64,000 nucleotides of DNA, from assembly GCA_964019335.1 (NCBI GenBank), contig OZ025700.1, positions 62,001 to 126,000 of the forward strand, written 5' to 3'. Source of the DNA: Diplonema japonicum (Eukaryota; Protista; Euglenozoa: Diplonemea). The notes under the pieces are model-generated. The model was not told the origin of the DNA, did not search any database, and saw only the letters and a list, made by a program, of their open reading frames with translations. Position 1 is the stretch's first letter. Each line of letters opens with the position of its first letter. Shown here one piece after another: positions 33,558 through 44,783 of the stretch. The position numbers were made by a program, and so were the translations under genes.

Positions 33558-35151
33558 TCAGTTGCCTAAAATCTCATCGAGGTTTGCGTTACGGAGCTTT
33601 GAAGGAGCGTAGAGAGCGCGGATGAGGGAAGCTAGTTCCTCTGGCGTAATGGGGGATATGGTGTCTGTTTGTAGATGAAAACCCATACAAGACAAGCATA
33701 CCTGATCTTACCATCTCCATAATGCCGGCCATGGTTGGTGCAGTGAGGATACCAAGGAGGGACTCGAACCTGTTCCTGCTGGGGAGGTACTCCTGAGAAA
33801 TTCGTTTGGCCTCCGCTTCGGCTCGTGAAGTGAGATCCAACTCAGATGCGTCGACAAACCAACCCTAGTGACGTGGTGTGGGTGGTCAGCATACCTCGAA
33901 AAATTGGAAATACGAAAAGTGCTCCACTAGACACTCACATTCGTCTTTGTCGATGTCCTGCATGGCCACGGTTGTGTCGCAGCACCAGCTGAGGACGATT
34001 TCTGAAAGCGTCCCCAAACACTCCCTGAACGTCTCGATCGGGAGAATTGACCTCCACAGTTGGTTCACCTGTTTCAACTGCTGCATTAATCTACTCAACC
34101 CCGTAGAGACCGTGCTCAGCCTGTCCTCCTTGTGAGACTCTAATGCTTCCCCCACAGTAGCAAGCTCCCTTTGTACCTCTTCAACCTGTACATCCACAAC
34201 AGAAGCGAGGGATGCTTTGGAAAGTCTCCCGAGCAGAGGGGCCAGTCTGTCGAAGTCTTCCTTGCAGGCTGCAGGGAGCATGGTCTGGATGAGTGCAGCG
34301 TGCATCTCCATGAACAGGGAATCGCAATACAGCAACAACCCCACAGCGGAGCTCGCCGATTTTTGGTGCAGGGGCATGATCGCGCAGTAAAGCTCGAACA
34401 ACCGCATGGCAAGGTCCTGGGTGCGCGTGGTGTGCTCATCACCTTCTACAGAAACAAGGTCGTAGAGGAGGATCGCAAGCTGTGAGACTGATACTGTCAC
34501 CTTGCACTTAGGGAAGACATGCGGGTTCCGCAACATGTCGGTGGCGTCTCGCTGCGAGGTGTACCGTACGTTAACTGTGGAGACATCGCTTGCCCACATG
34601 GAGGGTGCTTGCAGCTTGTTTCTGTATGAAGTCAGGTACTGCAGCACCTGCGCGTCGTAGAACGACTCCTTCAAGGGGTGCACCCAGTGGTCCGTCGAGT
34701 GCTGCACCCATTCCTCGTCAAATACTCTCCACACGGAGTCACAAGCCGCACCTGCCAACAGGCGGGACACGAGATGTCCCTCGTGCTGTTTGAGCTGTGC
34801 TTCAAGCTCATTCTTGTCGACACCCATGTCGCCATCGATGCCATCCAGCAACGAGTGCCCCTTGTGTATCAGAGGTACCACCTCAGATATCGGTCTCGCA
34901 AGCACTGCCTTATCCACGTCGTCGATGACTGTTTTGACCCGTTGCACCTGCTCTAAGGTCTTGATGTGCTTCTTAATGGCTTCGATCTTTTCGAACTTCT
35001 CTTCGTACTCTTTCATCCCCATCGCGTACATAGCCTCCTTCCTCCTGTACCGCTTCACCCCTCCCAACAGATCCCCAGGAATCACATCTTCTGGTACCTG
35101 CAGCGGACAGCTGTCCACCACTTCTGCTATTTCCCTACAAACATCTTCCAT
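33558..35151 (-). CDS. ZW10: ZW10 (NRZ/Dsl1 tethering and RZZ subunit), 3 exons
   Basis: FPKCKVTVS, RLFELYCAIMP, QLWRSILP...LGTL...QDI. Introns 33865-33894 (30 nt) and 33665-33701 (37 nt) restore the C-terminus EELASLIRALY...RNANLDEILGN*. Confidence 0.8.
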
Positions 35152-35246
35152 TTCTTCCTGAACGGTTTGCAAAAGGTACGGGCGAACGGGCATCAACAAC
35201 AACAAAAAAGGATACGGTTAAAAAAAGACAAGACGCTGGAAAGCAT

Positions 35247-36308
35247 CTACCACAAGAGCGTGTTTCTGGCTTCTTTCGGGAACAGATCAATGATATTCTG
35301 GAACCCCCCTGCGGCTGCCAGCAGCATAGGTGTGTACCCCTCACTGTCCTTCACGTACAGGTCGATGTCTTCGCACTGCAGCAGTCGCTGTGCGCAAGCA
35401 GTGTGCCCGTTGAGTGCTGCGATGGAGAGAGCAGAACGGCCTTCTTTAGATTTTGTGTTGACGCTGGCGCCACTGAACAGGAGCCGTGAGGCAATATCGG
35501 ACCAGCCGTAGCAGACAGCCAGCATGAGGGCTGTGTAGCCCTTACAGCAACAGCACTCCGTGTTCGCCTCTCCATAGAGGAGCTCTTCCACCACTGCGGT
35601 GTTGCCTTTCATGGATGCAAGCATCAGAGGCGTGAGTCCGTAGTGGTCACGATTGTTTGTAACCCTTTTGTCAACGTGCATGAGCAGCCCCAGCACAACG
35701 CGATCCTCACCTGCCTCCGCTGCGTAGTGCAGCATGGTTCGGCCTGTGGAGCTTTCCATTACAGAGAAGTCCATTTTGCTAGGACCCAGTCCCTGTGCTT
35801 CAGCGGCAAGGTCTTCCACCCGTGAGGAGGGAAACAGCACCTCTAGCAGCCTCCCGAACCTGCCCCTATGGACATCCGCCAGCAGTATGTCTGAAGTCAG
35901 CTGCCGCTGCGTTTCTTGAAAGGAGAACGGGTCGTCCTCCTCGTCACTTTCATACTTCTGCACAATGACGGCCTCCTGGAACAGCACTTTCGTCTTTACA
36001 GAACTCAAGTCTGCCGTCTTCTGCTTGTCGAAGCAATCTTCGCAAATATCAAACGAAGGGAAGCACGTCTTGCAATGGTGTGCATGGCTGTACCTCAGCT
36101 TCCTGCAGAAGCTGCAGCAATACGACCCAGTGCCGTCAAACTTGTACTTATGTGTCTTGATTTCGCGCTTGATCTTGACCGTCCCGGTAATTTCAAGGTT
36201 ATTCAGCTTCAAGAGTGGCAAGGGGTGCTCGTGTGTCGTGATGGTCGCAGCTTGCTCCGCGATAATGCGGAGCTTCTCCGCCGTGTTCCCAAAGCCTCTC
36301 GTCTTCAT
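35247..36308 (-). CDS. ZZ/C1-like zinc finger plus ankyrin-repeat protein (possibly the 3' part of the 36433-37665 gene)
   Basis: HEHPL...CSFC...HHCKTC..FDICEDCF; ankyrin repeats GRTMLHYAA, GLTPLMLAS, GYTALMLAV, GRSALSIAA, GYTPMLLAA. Confidence 0.8.
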   Translation of the reverse strand: MKTRGFGNTAEKLRIIAEQAATITTHEHPLPLLKLNNLEITGTVKIKREIKTHKYKFDGTGSYCCSFCRKLRYSHAHHCKTCFPSFDICEDCFDKQKTADLSSVKTKVLFQEAVIVQKYESDEEDDPFSFQETQRQLTSDILLADVHRGRFGRLLEVLFPSSRVEDLAAEAQGLGPSKMDFSVMESSTGRTMLHYAAEAGEDRVVLGLLMHVDKRVTNNRDHYGLTPLMLASMKGNTAVVEELLYGEANTECCCCKGYTALMLAVCYGWSDIASRLLFSGASVNTKSKEGRSALSIAALNGHTACAQRLLQCEDIDLYVKDSEGYTPMLLAAAGGFQNIIDLFPKEARNTLLW

Positions 36309-36432
36309 GTTCCATGAGTGTAGCTGCCCTTGTTACAAAAAGAAAACCTACAAAAAGCAACACAGAAAAGAAAAAAGAAAAAGTTCAGACTGTGTAATGA
36401 GAGATTGTGTGCATATAAAATGCAACCAAGGG

Positions 36433-37665
36433 TCAGAGACCATGTTCGAACCAAGTGTTCAGCTCCATGTAGAACTTGAGCCCTTCGTGTATGGGCGGTG
36501 CGATGGAAGGGGGATGGCTTCGGGAGCCGTGATGGTACCAAGGCTCGGAGGATACATAATAACAGATGCCTTCATGCATAAGGTGGTTCAGTTTAAGGAA
36601 GACAAATCGTGCTGTGGTGTCCGCAGCCTCGACAAGCACTCCGCTTTGGCTTGGCAGGGCGTACTTGACGTCGAGGGGCTTCAGCCCGCAGGCACGCAAA
36701 ATAGCCGTGAGCAGCTCCATGAAGGGAATTGCAGGCACACCCTGCTTAAAGACAAGATGTATAATAGACAGGCCGCAGTGGTGTTTCACCTGCCTGGCGG
36801 CATGCGGTGGTCTGATCCACATTTCTCTCTTGCTGTGCTGGTCCCGCAGCTTGATGCACTGTGTCCCCAGCAGCATGACCTGCCTGTCAAACTGCACGTA
36901 AAAGTGCTTGTCCTTGCACTGCCTTTCGTATTCCACCACCTGTGCACCGACAGCCTCCTCCAGTCCCTCGATAACGTCCCCGTCACGCCACTCGTTCGGC
37001 ACGTTCTCTATGATGGCTGCTTGCGTGTACTTTTTCACACAACAGGAGCAGGTGAATTTTTCACACCCTTCGCACTTTAGAAGCTCAGCAGGGTGAAGGG
37101 TATACTCCTCATTCTTTTCGATGACCAGTTGTGTGCAAGGGGACCTGTTGAGACGCGTGGAGTGGTATTGGTGGATTGACCTCTCAGAGCAGTTAAGGCA
37201 GAAGGGTGCTTTGCAGGTCACGCAGTATCGAGTACCGAGCTGGTCGCAGGGACACGCGTTCTTGAGAAGCCATTTGCTGAGGAGGAAGCACGTGTTTGTA
37301 GGGGTGGGGGAAGTGATGGTTGTACTGGGTTTGTGTTCACAGCAAGGGTTCGGAGTGGTTTTTATCGTTGGGACGGCTGCCCATTGCTTGAAGAGGGAGT
37401 ACCATGTTTGGTCTGAGGCAGGACACAAATCGAGGACTGGGACATAGGTTTGTTCGGTGGTTTTCACCAAGGATGGACGCAGCCCAGTGGCTGTCACCAC
37501 ATCGAGTTTCAAGGAAACTCGTTTTCTTCCTTCGATGTACAACCACAACACCTTGCTCCTGGGGGTATTCTCGTCACTCATCTCAAAGATGGCGTCGGAG
37601 GCATTCCTACTTTGTCTATAGAGTTCTAGTTCTTCTGACAGCGATGCACCGTTTGCAAGAGGCAT
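36433..37665 (-). CDS. B-box-type zinc finger protein
   Basis: CPCDQLGTRYCVTCKAPFCLNCSERSIHQYH and further Cys clusters; start ATG 37665 follows an A-rich leader. Confidence 0.7.
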   Translation of the reverse strand: MPLANGASLSEELELYRQSRNASDAIFEMSDENTPRSKVLWLYIEGRKRVSLKLDVVTATGLRPSLVKTTEQTYVPVLDLCPASDQTWYSLFKQWAAVPTIKTTPNPCCEHKPSTTITSPTPTNTCFLLSKWLLKNACPCDQLGTRYCVTCKAPFCLNCSERSIHQYHSTRLNRSPCTQLVIEKNEEYTLHPAELLKCEGCEKFTCSCCVKKYTQAAIIENVPNEWRDGDVIEGLEEAVGAQVVEYERQCKDKHFYVQFDRQVMLLGTQCIKLRDQHSKREMWIRPPHAARQVKHHCGLSIIHLVFKQGVPAIPFMELLTAILRACGLKPLDVKYALPSQSGVLVEAADTTARFVFLKLNHLMHEGICYYVSSEPWYHHGSRSHPPSIAPPIHEGLKFYMELNTWFEHGL

Positions 37666-37863
37666 TTTCTTTTTTTTTTTATTTGTTTGTTTCCTAATAG
37701 AAATAATTGAGAAGAACACAAAAACTTTTTATTAAAAAAAAGGATAAGAAACGAATACAGATGGGAGGACAGGCTAAATAAAAAAAAAAAAAAAGAAAGA
37801 AAAATCAAAGGAACTGAAGGGACGTGAGGAGAAGGGGCAGAGAAGATACCAAATACATATATT

Positions 37864-37952
37864 AAAAAAAAAAAAAAAAAAAAGAGACATTTAAGGGTAC
37901 CTGCGGTATGTGGCAGGACGCCTGATTTTTTAGGACGCCTGAAAAAAAAAAA
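37864..37952 (-). mobile_element. 42-nt 3'-terminal remnant of the 10869-11536 element, with T20 tail
   Basis: 37884-37925 is identical to 10896-10937. It is followed by T6, an 11-nt duplication (aggacgcctga) and an A11 run on the + strand. Confidence 0.7.
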
Positions 37953-38593
37953 GGAGAAGATTCAGGAGAAGCCTTTGTAACGACCCAAAAAAAAAAAAAA
38001 AACACAATAATAATCACACCGGTCGCGTCCTTCACACGATTCCCCCTTTTTTTTTACTCTCTACTTTTCCTATCTCTTTTTTTTTCCCAAGTATCAACCC
38101 CCTTAGTGTGAATACAAACAGAAATGTTTATAAATTTAAAGATCAAATGTCGGCCCCACCTCCTTTCCATAACAAGTAAGGACCACAGAGGAAGGTTATA
38201 GGAAATGACATTGAAGAGAAGAGAGGGGGGAGGAAAAAAAAGGGGGGGGGGGAACTCCATATTATTTTTCTCCAATCGCACCCGCGTCGTGTTTTGAACG
38301 AACAACTTTCATCATGGAAAAAAGGTAGAAGGTTTTTAAAAGGCAGCTTTTACCGAAGAATATGGAAAGGCAACGTATGCAAAAAAAAAAAAAAAAAAAA
38401 AAAAAAGCAAATGATGAACAAAGAGGGGAGGAGTAAGGGGGGTATAATCTATCATTTTGCTTTTTCTTTCTATCTTCTATCAAGCGCTCACGTTCCCTCA
38501 AACTCCTTTTTTTTTCCCCCTCGGGTCCCACAATCGCAACAGAGCGAGATGGGATCCCCCTTTAAAATAAAATAAAATAAAATAAATTCTATC

Positions 38594-40703
38594 TTACGGC
38601 TTAGCCGCTTTGCATCGTGTGCAGGTTGTCCTTGCGGACCAGTTTTTATTGGCGCACGAAAAGCAGGTCCAGTCTGCAGTTGATACTGGGACCGTGTGTA
38701 TTCGCTCTGCCAGCGCTTTGAAGGGTGTTGCACTGGGGCTCCCGACTGATGGAGAGGCAGTGGCAGTGGGGAGAGACGGTTTTTTCCCGATCGCAGAAGT
38801 GCTGCTGCTCTCAGAAAACCGTCGGTAAAGGGGATTGTTAAGAGGTAAAGGAGGGGCCGAGGGCGTCACCCCCGCAATAACCGAAGACCGTGACCCGCTG
38901 CTGCCCGAACTCAGAGTTTTCCCTGTTGGGGGCATGAACCGAGACACAACAGGGGCTTCCACTTCCTCCTCTTTTTTATGTCTTGTAACGACACGTTTGT
39001 GAGACGGTGGTGGTGGGGGTTGAATGGGAACAGGAGGCCTTGAAGGTACAGGTGGTTTCCCGCCGCTGCTGTTTGACTTCGCGGACTGCATGCTGCTGTC
39101 GTCGTGCTCGCTTGGCTTTGCCGTTGCTGCCTGGGGCATCTCGTCCACCTCCTCGAACAGCTTCCGGACGTGGTCCTTCAACAGCTTCAGTTTGTGATAA
39201 TTGATATCACACTCAGCGCATAGCAATCCACACCTGTTGCACTTCACCTGTGCCTCTTCCTGCCCGCACTCCTCGCACTTCGCGGTTCTATCCTGCTCTG
39301 TTAGGAGCACCACATCATCCGGTTCGTCCCACCCGCGGATCATGTCGTAGTAGTTGTCATCCCGTTCTGCCCTAGCGTCGGTGCCCAGCAGCAGCCGTCC
39401 TGTGTTTTGTGTGTTTTAGGGTAGAGGGCATACTTGGTTCTGTTTTGCAGTGGGGTGCAAGTTGTATTATTTTTTTGTCCCGTTTGAAGACCCTTCTGTG
39501 CTTCCCGCTGGCCTTGTCCTGCAACATGATTGTCAACAGCACCTCGTGGTCCAAAAACTCCCCCACCGACGCCAGCACCGTGAAGGTTGGCAGAACATAA
39601 GGCAGTATTATGAAGAAGACGACGAAGGAAGGGAAGAAGCACAGGGCAATGAGCGCGATACTCTTCGGCCTGTCGTTGTCCTGCGAGCCGATGATCCAGA
39701 GACGGTAGGAGAAGTTCACGACAGTCGTCGCGAGATAAAACACCTGGTAGAGGAGCATGGTCTGGATAAGCATGACGTTCACGTGTGGGGAACCGAACCA
39801 GAAGTGCGAAGACTGTGCTTGCTTTGGCTTGTGAGCGCCCTCTTGACACATTTCCTGCACGTTTGTGGCAAAGTCCTGGAACTCCCTGCGCACCTTTGCG
39901 GCCAGCACGATGAGGACGAGGAGGGGACCGAATCCCACAATCAACACCCAAAGCCCGATGGTGGCAAGCGGATTGTCGGAAATAGTGATGGTAATATAGT
40001 CAGTAACAGCAGCCAGAAGGCACAGCACACCGAGCATGGCCCACGAGCTTTCACGAAGGTCGAGGAAGTCAAGCATGAACTTCCGCTGCATCTTCATCAT
40101 GTAGCGTGAGAAGGACACGCAGATGAACTTTCCGGGGAGGTTCTGGCGGAAGAACCTCAAGCAGGAGAGCATTCTGTTCCCATTGCGAACGGACCTGATG
40201 TAGGCATTCAAGAAGGCAGCCCTGTCGTTGTCGGTGAGAGCGGGGTCGTTCTCGATCTCTGACACCCTGTGCTCGAACCGCTCCCATTTCCACCACGAGG
40301 AGCTCACTGTGACAAAGAGCGAGGTCACCAGGGTGATGAACATGATGGCCATAACGAAGATGACAAAGTGCACGTAGTGGAAAAGCGGCGCATCGATCAG
40401 CGCGGCGCCGCCCAAATTTTCGAACAGTACCAAAAGAGCTGATATACCTCCCAGGATCATGACCTCCTCTGTGATGTGGTGTACCACAGCCGTTCCGCTC
40501 CTCGACTTCACCTCGTGGTGCAGCGTGTGCACACTCAGTTCCAGCACCATTGTGATCCCAAACACCACGAAATACATGAACATCACGTCCCAATGCTTCT
40601 CATCGATCAGCGTCCCTAACGCGAAGATGCTGACCCCGCCCGCGCCCTGCGCCCCCGCCACCCACGAGAGCAATACAAGCAACTGCAAAAACATCGGAAA
40701 CAT
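38594..40703 (-). CDS. MLO-family multi-pass membrane protein fused to a B-box and a RanBP2-type zinc finger, 2 exons
   Basis: MLO-like EEVMILGGISALL, HFVIFVMA, WWKWERFE, SFSRYM, HFWFGSP. The 34-nt intron 39400-39433 joins it in frame to CEECGQ...CNRCGLLCAECDINYH and WTCFSCANKNWSARTTCTRC. Confidence 0.8.
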
Positions 40704-40872
40704 TTTTTCGAAGAAAATCACGGCATGATTTGTGTACCCTCTCCCTGAGTTTTGTACATATGAAGAACGGGAGAAAACCACAATAAGTACTTTTTTTTTA
40801 AAAATATAGGAAGCGGATGGAGAGGTAGGGAAAAAAAAAAACATAAAAATAAATATAGCAAGACGTTTCTCG

Positions 40873-41985
40873 CTAAGGCTGGTACTGGGGGCACAGCCTC
40901 TCAGGGGGTGCGGGTATCTTAAGAGCATTCTCAAGGTCTCCCAGCAACCCTGCCACGGAAGCAAACTGTGCTCCGTCCTGTGTGTCGAAGTCAGGGTCGC
41001 CCTCCCCCCACCAGTTCCAGCAGCTTGAGGGGTTCCATGCAGTGCTGGCGGACTGCGGGTAGATAACAACCATATTATTTGCCTCCGCGATGGTTTCAAG
41101 GGAACCATAGGCCCAGGTCATGGGGGTACCCCACGGGGCGCGACCGATGGCACCACACCCATGGTAGTGTACATGGATAGAGCACGCTGCAATGCTGTGC
41201 TTGCAGGCAGTGGGGACAAAGACATAGGCACAGGGAGACATCAATTGTTCTGCTCCGCTAGGAACGTAAGGCCGTATGTCAACAGTGGTGAGGTTTGGAA
41301 GCGATGCCTCGTGCGCAGGGGGCTTCAGGGGGCCTTTGATGTGGTGCAGCATTGTGCCAGACATGTCATACTCGCAATTATTTAGATAAGGCGGCCCGAG
41401 GTGGTTGCAGGCAGCACCCCGCGTGTCGTTGACGACCCATGCATGCTCTGAGGGGATGCTGAACTCAACAGCAGGCGACCCCCCATTGGCTTTGTACTGC
41501 GCATTGCATGCCTTCATGACGTTGGTGTACACAACAGTGTCCTCTGTTCCGCTGAACAACCAGTAAGGGCGGGCAGCAAGGTGCCCCACAGGGTCAATGT
41601 AGTTGTCGGCATCTCTTTGTAGCAAGTACTGCTGCATCTGCTCGCCGGCTGCGGTCCAATTGAACTCCTTTTGTGGTGTTCCACAAGTGCGCTTCTTGTC
41701 GTGCAGGGTGTTACATCCGTACGGCGAACCTGCTACGACACCGCAGCCCTCACATGACGCAGAGTACACCACGCTGTGAAGGGCGGCCATTGATCCGCCG
41801 CTACTTATCCCACTTATCGTGTGCAGGGGGGGCCAGCAGCGGAAGCATTCGCCGCAGTCGTCCCTGCAGTGCTGTGAGTCCCTGTCCAACCTGCATGATT
41901 GCGCGCATGCTGTGTTCTTGTTGCAGTCGCGGCACAGGCCCGAAACCACTGCGGAGACGAGCAACGCAAGCATCCCTCTGAGCAT
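40873..41985 (-). CDS. Secreted poly(3-hydroxybutyrate) depolymerase-like esterase
   Basis: Signal peptide; ISGISSGG nucleophile elbow, SGTEDTVV, SEH, HVHYHGC, AEANNMVVIYPQ, NPSSCWNWWG. Confidence 0.85.
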   Translation of the reverse strand: MLRGMLALLVSAVVSGLCRDCNKNTACAQSCRLDRDSQHCRDDCGECFRCWPPLHTISGISSGGSMAALHSVVYSASCEGCGVVAGSPYGCNTLHDKKRTCGTPQKEFNWTAAGEQMQQYLLQRDADNYIDPVGHLAARPYWLFSGTEDTVVYTNVMKACNAQYKANGGSPAVEFSIPSEHAWVVNDTRGAACNHLGPPYLNNCEYDMSGTMLHHIKGPLKPPAHEASLPNLTTVDIRPYVPSGAEQLMSPCAYVFVPTACKHSIAACSIHVHYHGCGAIGRAPWGTPMTWAYGSLETIAEANNMVVIYPQSASTAWNPSSCWNWWGEGDPDFDTQDGAQFASVAGLLGDLENALKIPAPPERLCPQYQP

Positions 41986-42058
41986 AGGAAAGGGTGCGAA
42001 GAAGGAAGTCGACAAAAAAAAAAAAGTTACTACAAAATGGTTTTTTTTTAATTTTTCT

Positions 42059-42637
42059 CTACGCTTGAGATTCTTCTTCTCCTTCTATACCGCTCCGCGG
42101 CTCTTCGTGTTCCTCTCGTTCTTCTGCAACTGGTGTGCTTTTTACTTCTTCTTCTCGATCTCCTTCGTTGTCGCCATTCTCGGGCTCTCGATCCACCGCT
42201 GCTTTCTCACTCTCTTCCTCTTTCTTGTCTTCTACGCTATTCTCGGCAGTGTAACAACGGGGCTTACTGGAAGGCGAATGCAAGCACGGCTCGGAGCCTA
42301 TAAGGGTGGCCAGTGCTTGCTGTCGTTTAAAAAGGAGGCTGTGCTGCCGCTGCCATGCTTCGCGGGCAGGCTGCAGGTCTTGCGCGGTGTAGGATATCAT
42401 AGAAAGCGAAGGGTCTGGTCCCGTCCTGTCAGAACCTGGGTTCCTGTGGCAAAGACCACAAGTGGGAAGATTTGACGGGTTTTTAGCATAACCACACGCA
42501 CGGCAGCTCCAGCTCACGCCCTGTTGGGGTAGTGCAATTTTCCCATCTCTGTTGTGTTCTCCTTCAGCTTTTTCGGCTCGACTTTCTTCTCCAGTGTGTA
42601 TCGAAGTTCTCAAAGGGGAGATGTGTTTTGTTTGCAT
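42059..42637 (-). CDS. Small RanBP2-type zinc finger protein with an acidic tail
   Basis: WSCRACGYAKNPSNLPTCGLC; Glu-rich C-terminus. Confidence 0.7.
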   Translation of the reverse strand: MQTKHISPLRTSIHTGEESRAEKAEGEHNRDGKIALPQQGVSWSCRACGYAKNPSNLPTCGLCHRNPGSDRTGPDPSLSMISYTAQDLQPAREAWQRQHSLLFKRQQALATLIGSEPCLHSPSSKPRCYTAENSVEDKKEEESEKAAVDREPENGDNEGDREEEVKSTPVAEEREEHEEPRSGIEGEEESQA

Positions 42638-44783
42638 TTTCTTCCCCCCCCCCCCCCCCCGCTTTTGTACTTTCGGCGCTAAAAGCAACCACTATATAAA
42701 AGTAAAAAGAAGGAGGGGAAAAAAAAGGAAGAAACCGAAGACAAATAGCTTTGACCAAGACGAAATAATAATAATAATAAAAAAATTTTGAAAAATAAAA
42801 AAAAAAATAAAATAAAATAAAACCAAAGAAAGAAGAAGAAAAAAGTTTGAATACCATGGTGAAGGAGGGAAGACAATAACTTTTCTTTCTTTCTTTCATT
42901 CTTTCTTCGTGCACTCCTTTTTTTTTTGCTGTGAGTGTGTGGAGGGGGGGGGGGGGGGGGGGGGCACGGTGGAGTAGATAAAACAATAAATAGGGAAAGA
43001 GATAAGGAAAAAAGAATGAACGAAAATCGAGTTGAAAGACACAAACAGGGAAACACAAAAAGGGCACCTAATCTGGGGGGGGGGGGGGGGGGTTACCAAC
43101 TGACTTCCTCCCCCCCCCTTTTTTAAAGATATTTTGGAGTGGAGAATACGACATAAATCACGTCGGACGTGGGTGTGGGAAGGTGTGGGGGGTTCTTTAT
43201 TTATTGTTCCTCGTTCGCCCCAAACCTAGCAAAATGAGAACGAAAAAAAAAAAAAAAAAATCATATTGGTTACCCGACCCGGTTGGTACAACTAGGGTGG
43301 GGAGGGAGGGAGGGAGAGGAGGGGGGATACAGTATATTTTTTGCTCCATCGATATCATTAAGAAAGATGGAGGGATGACAAAACAACAAATAAATAAATC
43401 TTAAAAAAAAAGGGGGGGGGGAAGAGGAAAATTTTTTATTCTCTCGCTTTATACACCTTTCTTTGCTTTTTTTTTTCTTTCTTTTTTTTCTCTCTCTCTC
43501 TTTTTTTTTTTTTTTTTGCTTTATTCCCGTCGTTCCGCACCTAGACCTGTCCAAAGGTCTTGCCCCCAATACAAAACAAAAACAAAAACGAGCTCCTTTA
43601 GCTATGACAAAGAGGCACTTCTTGTTTTCTCTCTTTTTTTTTTTTTTTCTCTTTTTCTTTTTTCTCTTTTTTATATGGTCATATCCATCCAGCTGCTTGT
43701 GTAGTGGAAAATAGACTATATATTTTATTGGCCGATTTGTCACAGGGGGAGGGGGGTTTTTAAAAAGGAAAATACCAAAAAAAAAAAGAAAACAAAAAAG
43801 GAACAAAGGGGAGGGAAACAGGGTAAAAAGAAGAAGACAACTAGTGGTGTCAAGTAAGGGGGAAAGGAGAGAAGGCCGGGGGGAAAAAAAAAAGAAAAAA
43901 AAAGAAATAACATATCTCGTCTGGAAGATAAGTGCCCACAAAAGTACCAAGAGGCCATCTCCCTTATTTGAACTAACCCAACAACTTCTGCTTTTGCTAA
44001 AACAAGAGGAGTGCATCCCTTATTTAGACGACCTCAAAAATAATAATAAAAAAAAAAAAAAAATCATTCGGTTTTTTTTTCCTTCTTTTTCTATTTCTTT
44101 TTTGGGAGGGGAGAAGAACCCCACAGCCCTACCATTTACCCGTCTTTATTTTTTTTTTTTATGTACTAACCAAGGTAAAAATTTCGAATATTTTCGCCCT
44201 CCCCACACCTCCCCCGGTGGTGTCCTTCGTTGACGTACATTTCTTTTAAAAAAAAAAATAAGGGAGAAAAGCTGGTCTGTTCTGAGGTTTACATCTGGCC
44301 TCCTTTTCTTTTCCTGTTACTAAGGAAAGGAGTTTTTTTTTTTTTGATTTCGTGTTTTTTTTTTTTTTTTCTTTTCTTTTTCTCTCAATCCCTTGCTGAA
44401 TCTTTCAATGTGTAGTTGACCAATACCCCCCCATCCCTCTTCCTCTTTTTTTTTTTTTTTTTTTTTCCCATAACATTATACCGTAAAGTGAAAAAAAACC
44501 GACAAAAAATGTGGGGGGCATTTCATTTGTAAAAAAAGGGGGAGTATCAGGAAGTTTTGAGCAAATTTGGCACATTTCTTTTTTTTTTTTTTTTTTGCAT
44601 TTTCTTTTTTTTCCTTAGCAGGATAAAAAAAAAAAATAAAAATAAAAAAAAAAAAGAAGAGGAACCGGTAGTATCCCATTGTCCCCGTGTTGCACCAAGT
44701 CATCCCAGTTTTGTGCTGTTAAACTTTGTTTGTTCGTGCCGGGGTAAAACCAGGAGAAGTTTGTAAACCCGTAAAAAAAAAAA

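Noticed and set aside
36309-36440. Intron joining the B-box gene to the zinc-finger/ankyrin gene
   Set aside because: A frame-preserving splice is possible (GTCTCT...CAAG), but the donor is atypical and the U tract fits a trans-splice acceptor equally well; left as two CDSs.
35965-37080. 371-aa plus-strand ORF
   Set aside because: Overlaps two motif-bearing minus-strand genes; no recognisable domain.
39372-41108. 578-aa ORF as called in the track
   Set aside because: The first ~135 codons overlap the depolymerase gene and an intergenic tract. The likely start is 40703 or 40694, and the end is spliced.
42700-44780. Poly-Phe/poly-Lys ORFs in homopolymer-rich intergenic DNA (also 14.4-15.1, 23.2-24.6 and 62.1-62.6 kb)
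   Set aside because: Artefacts of A/T/G/C runs.
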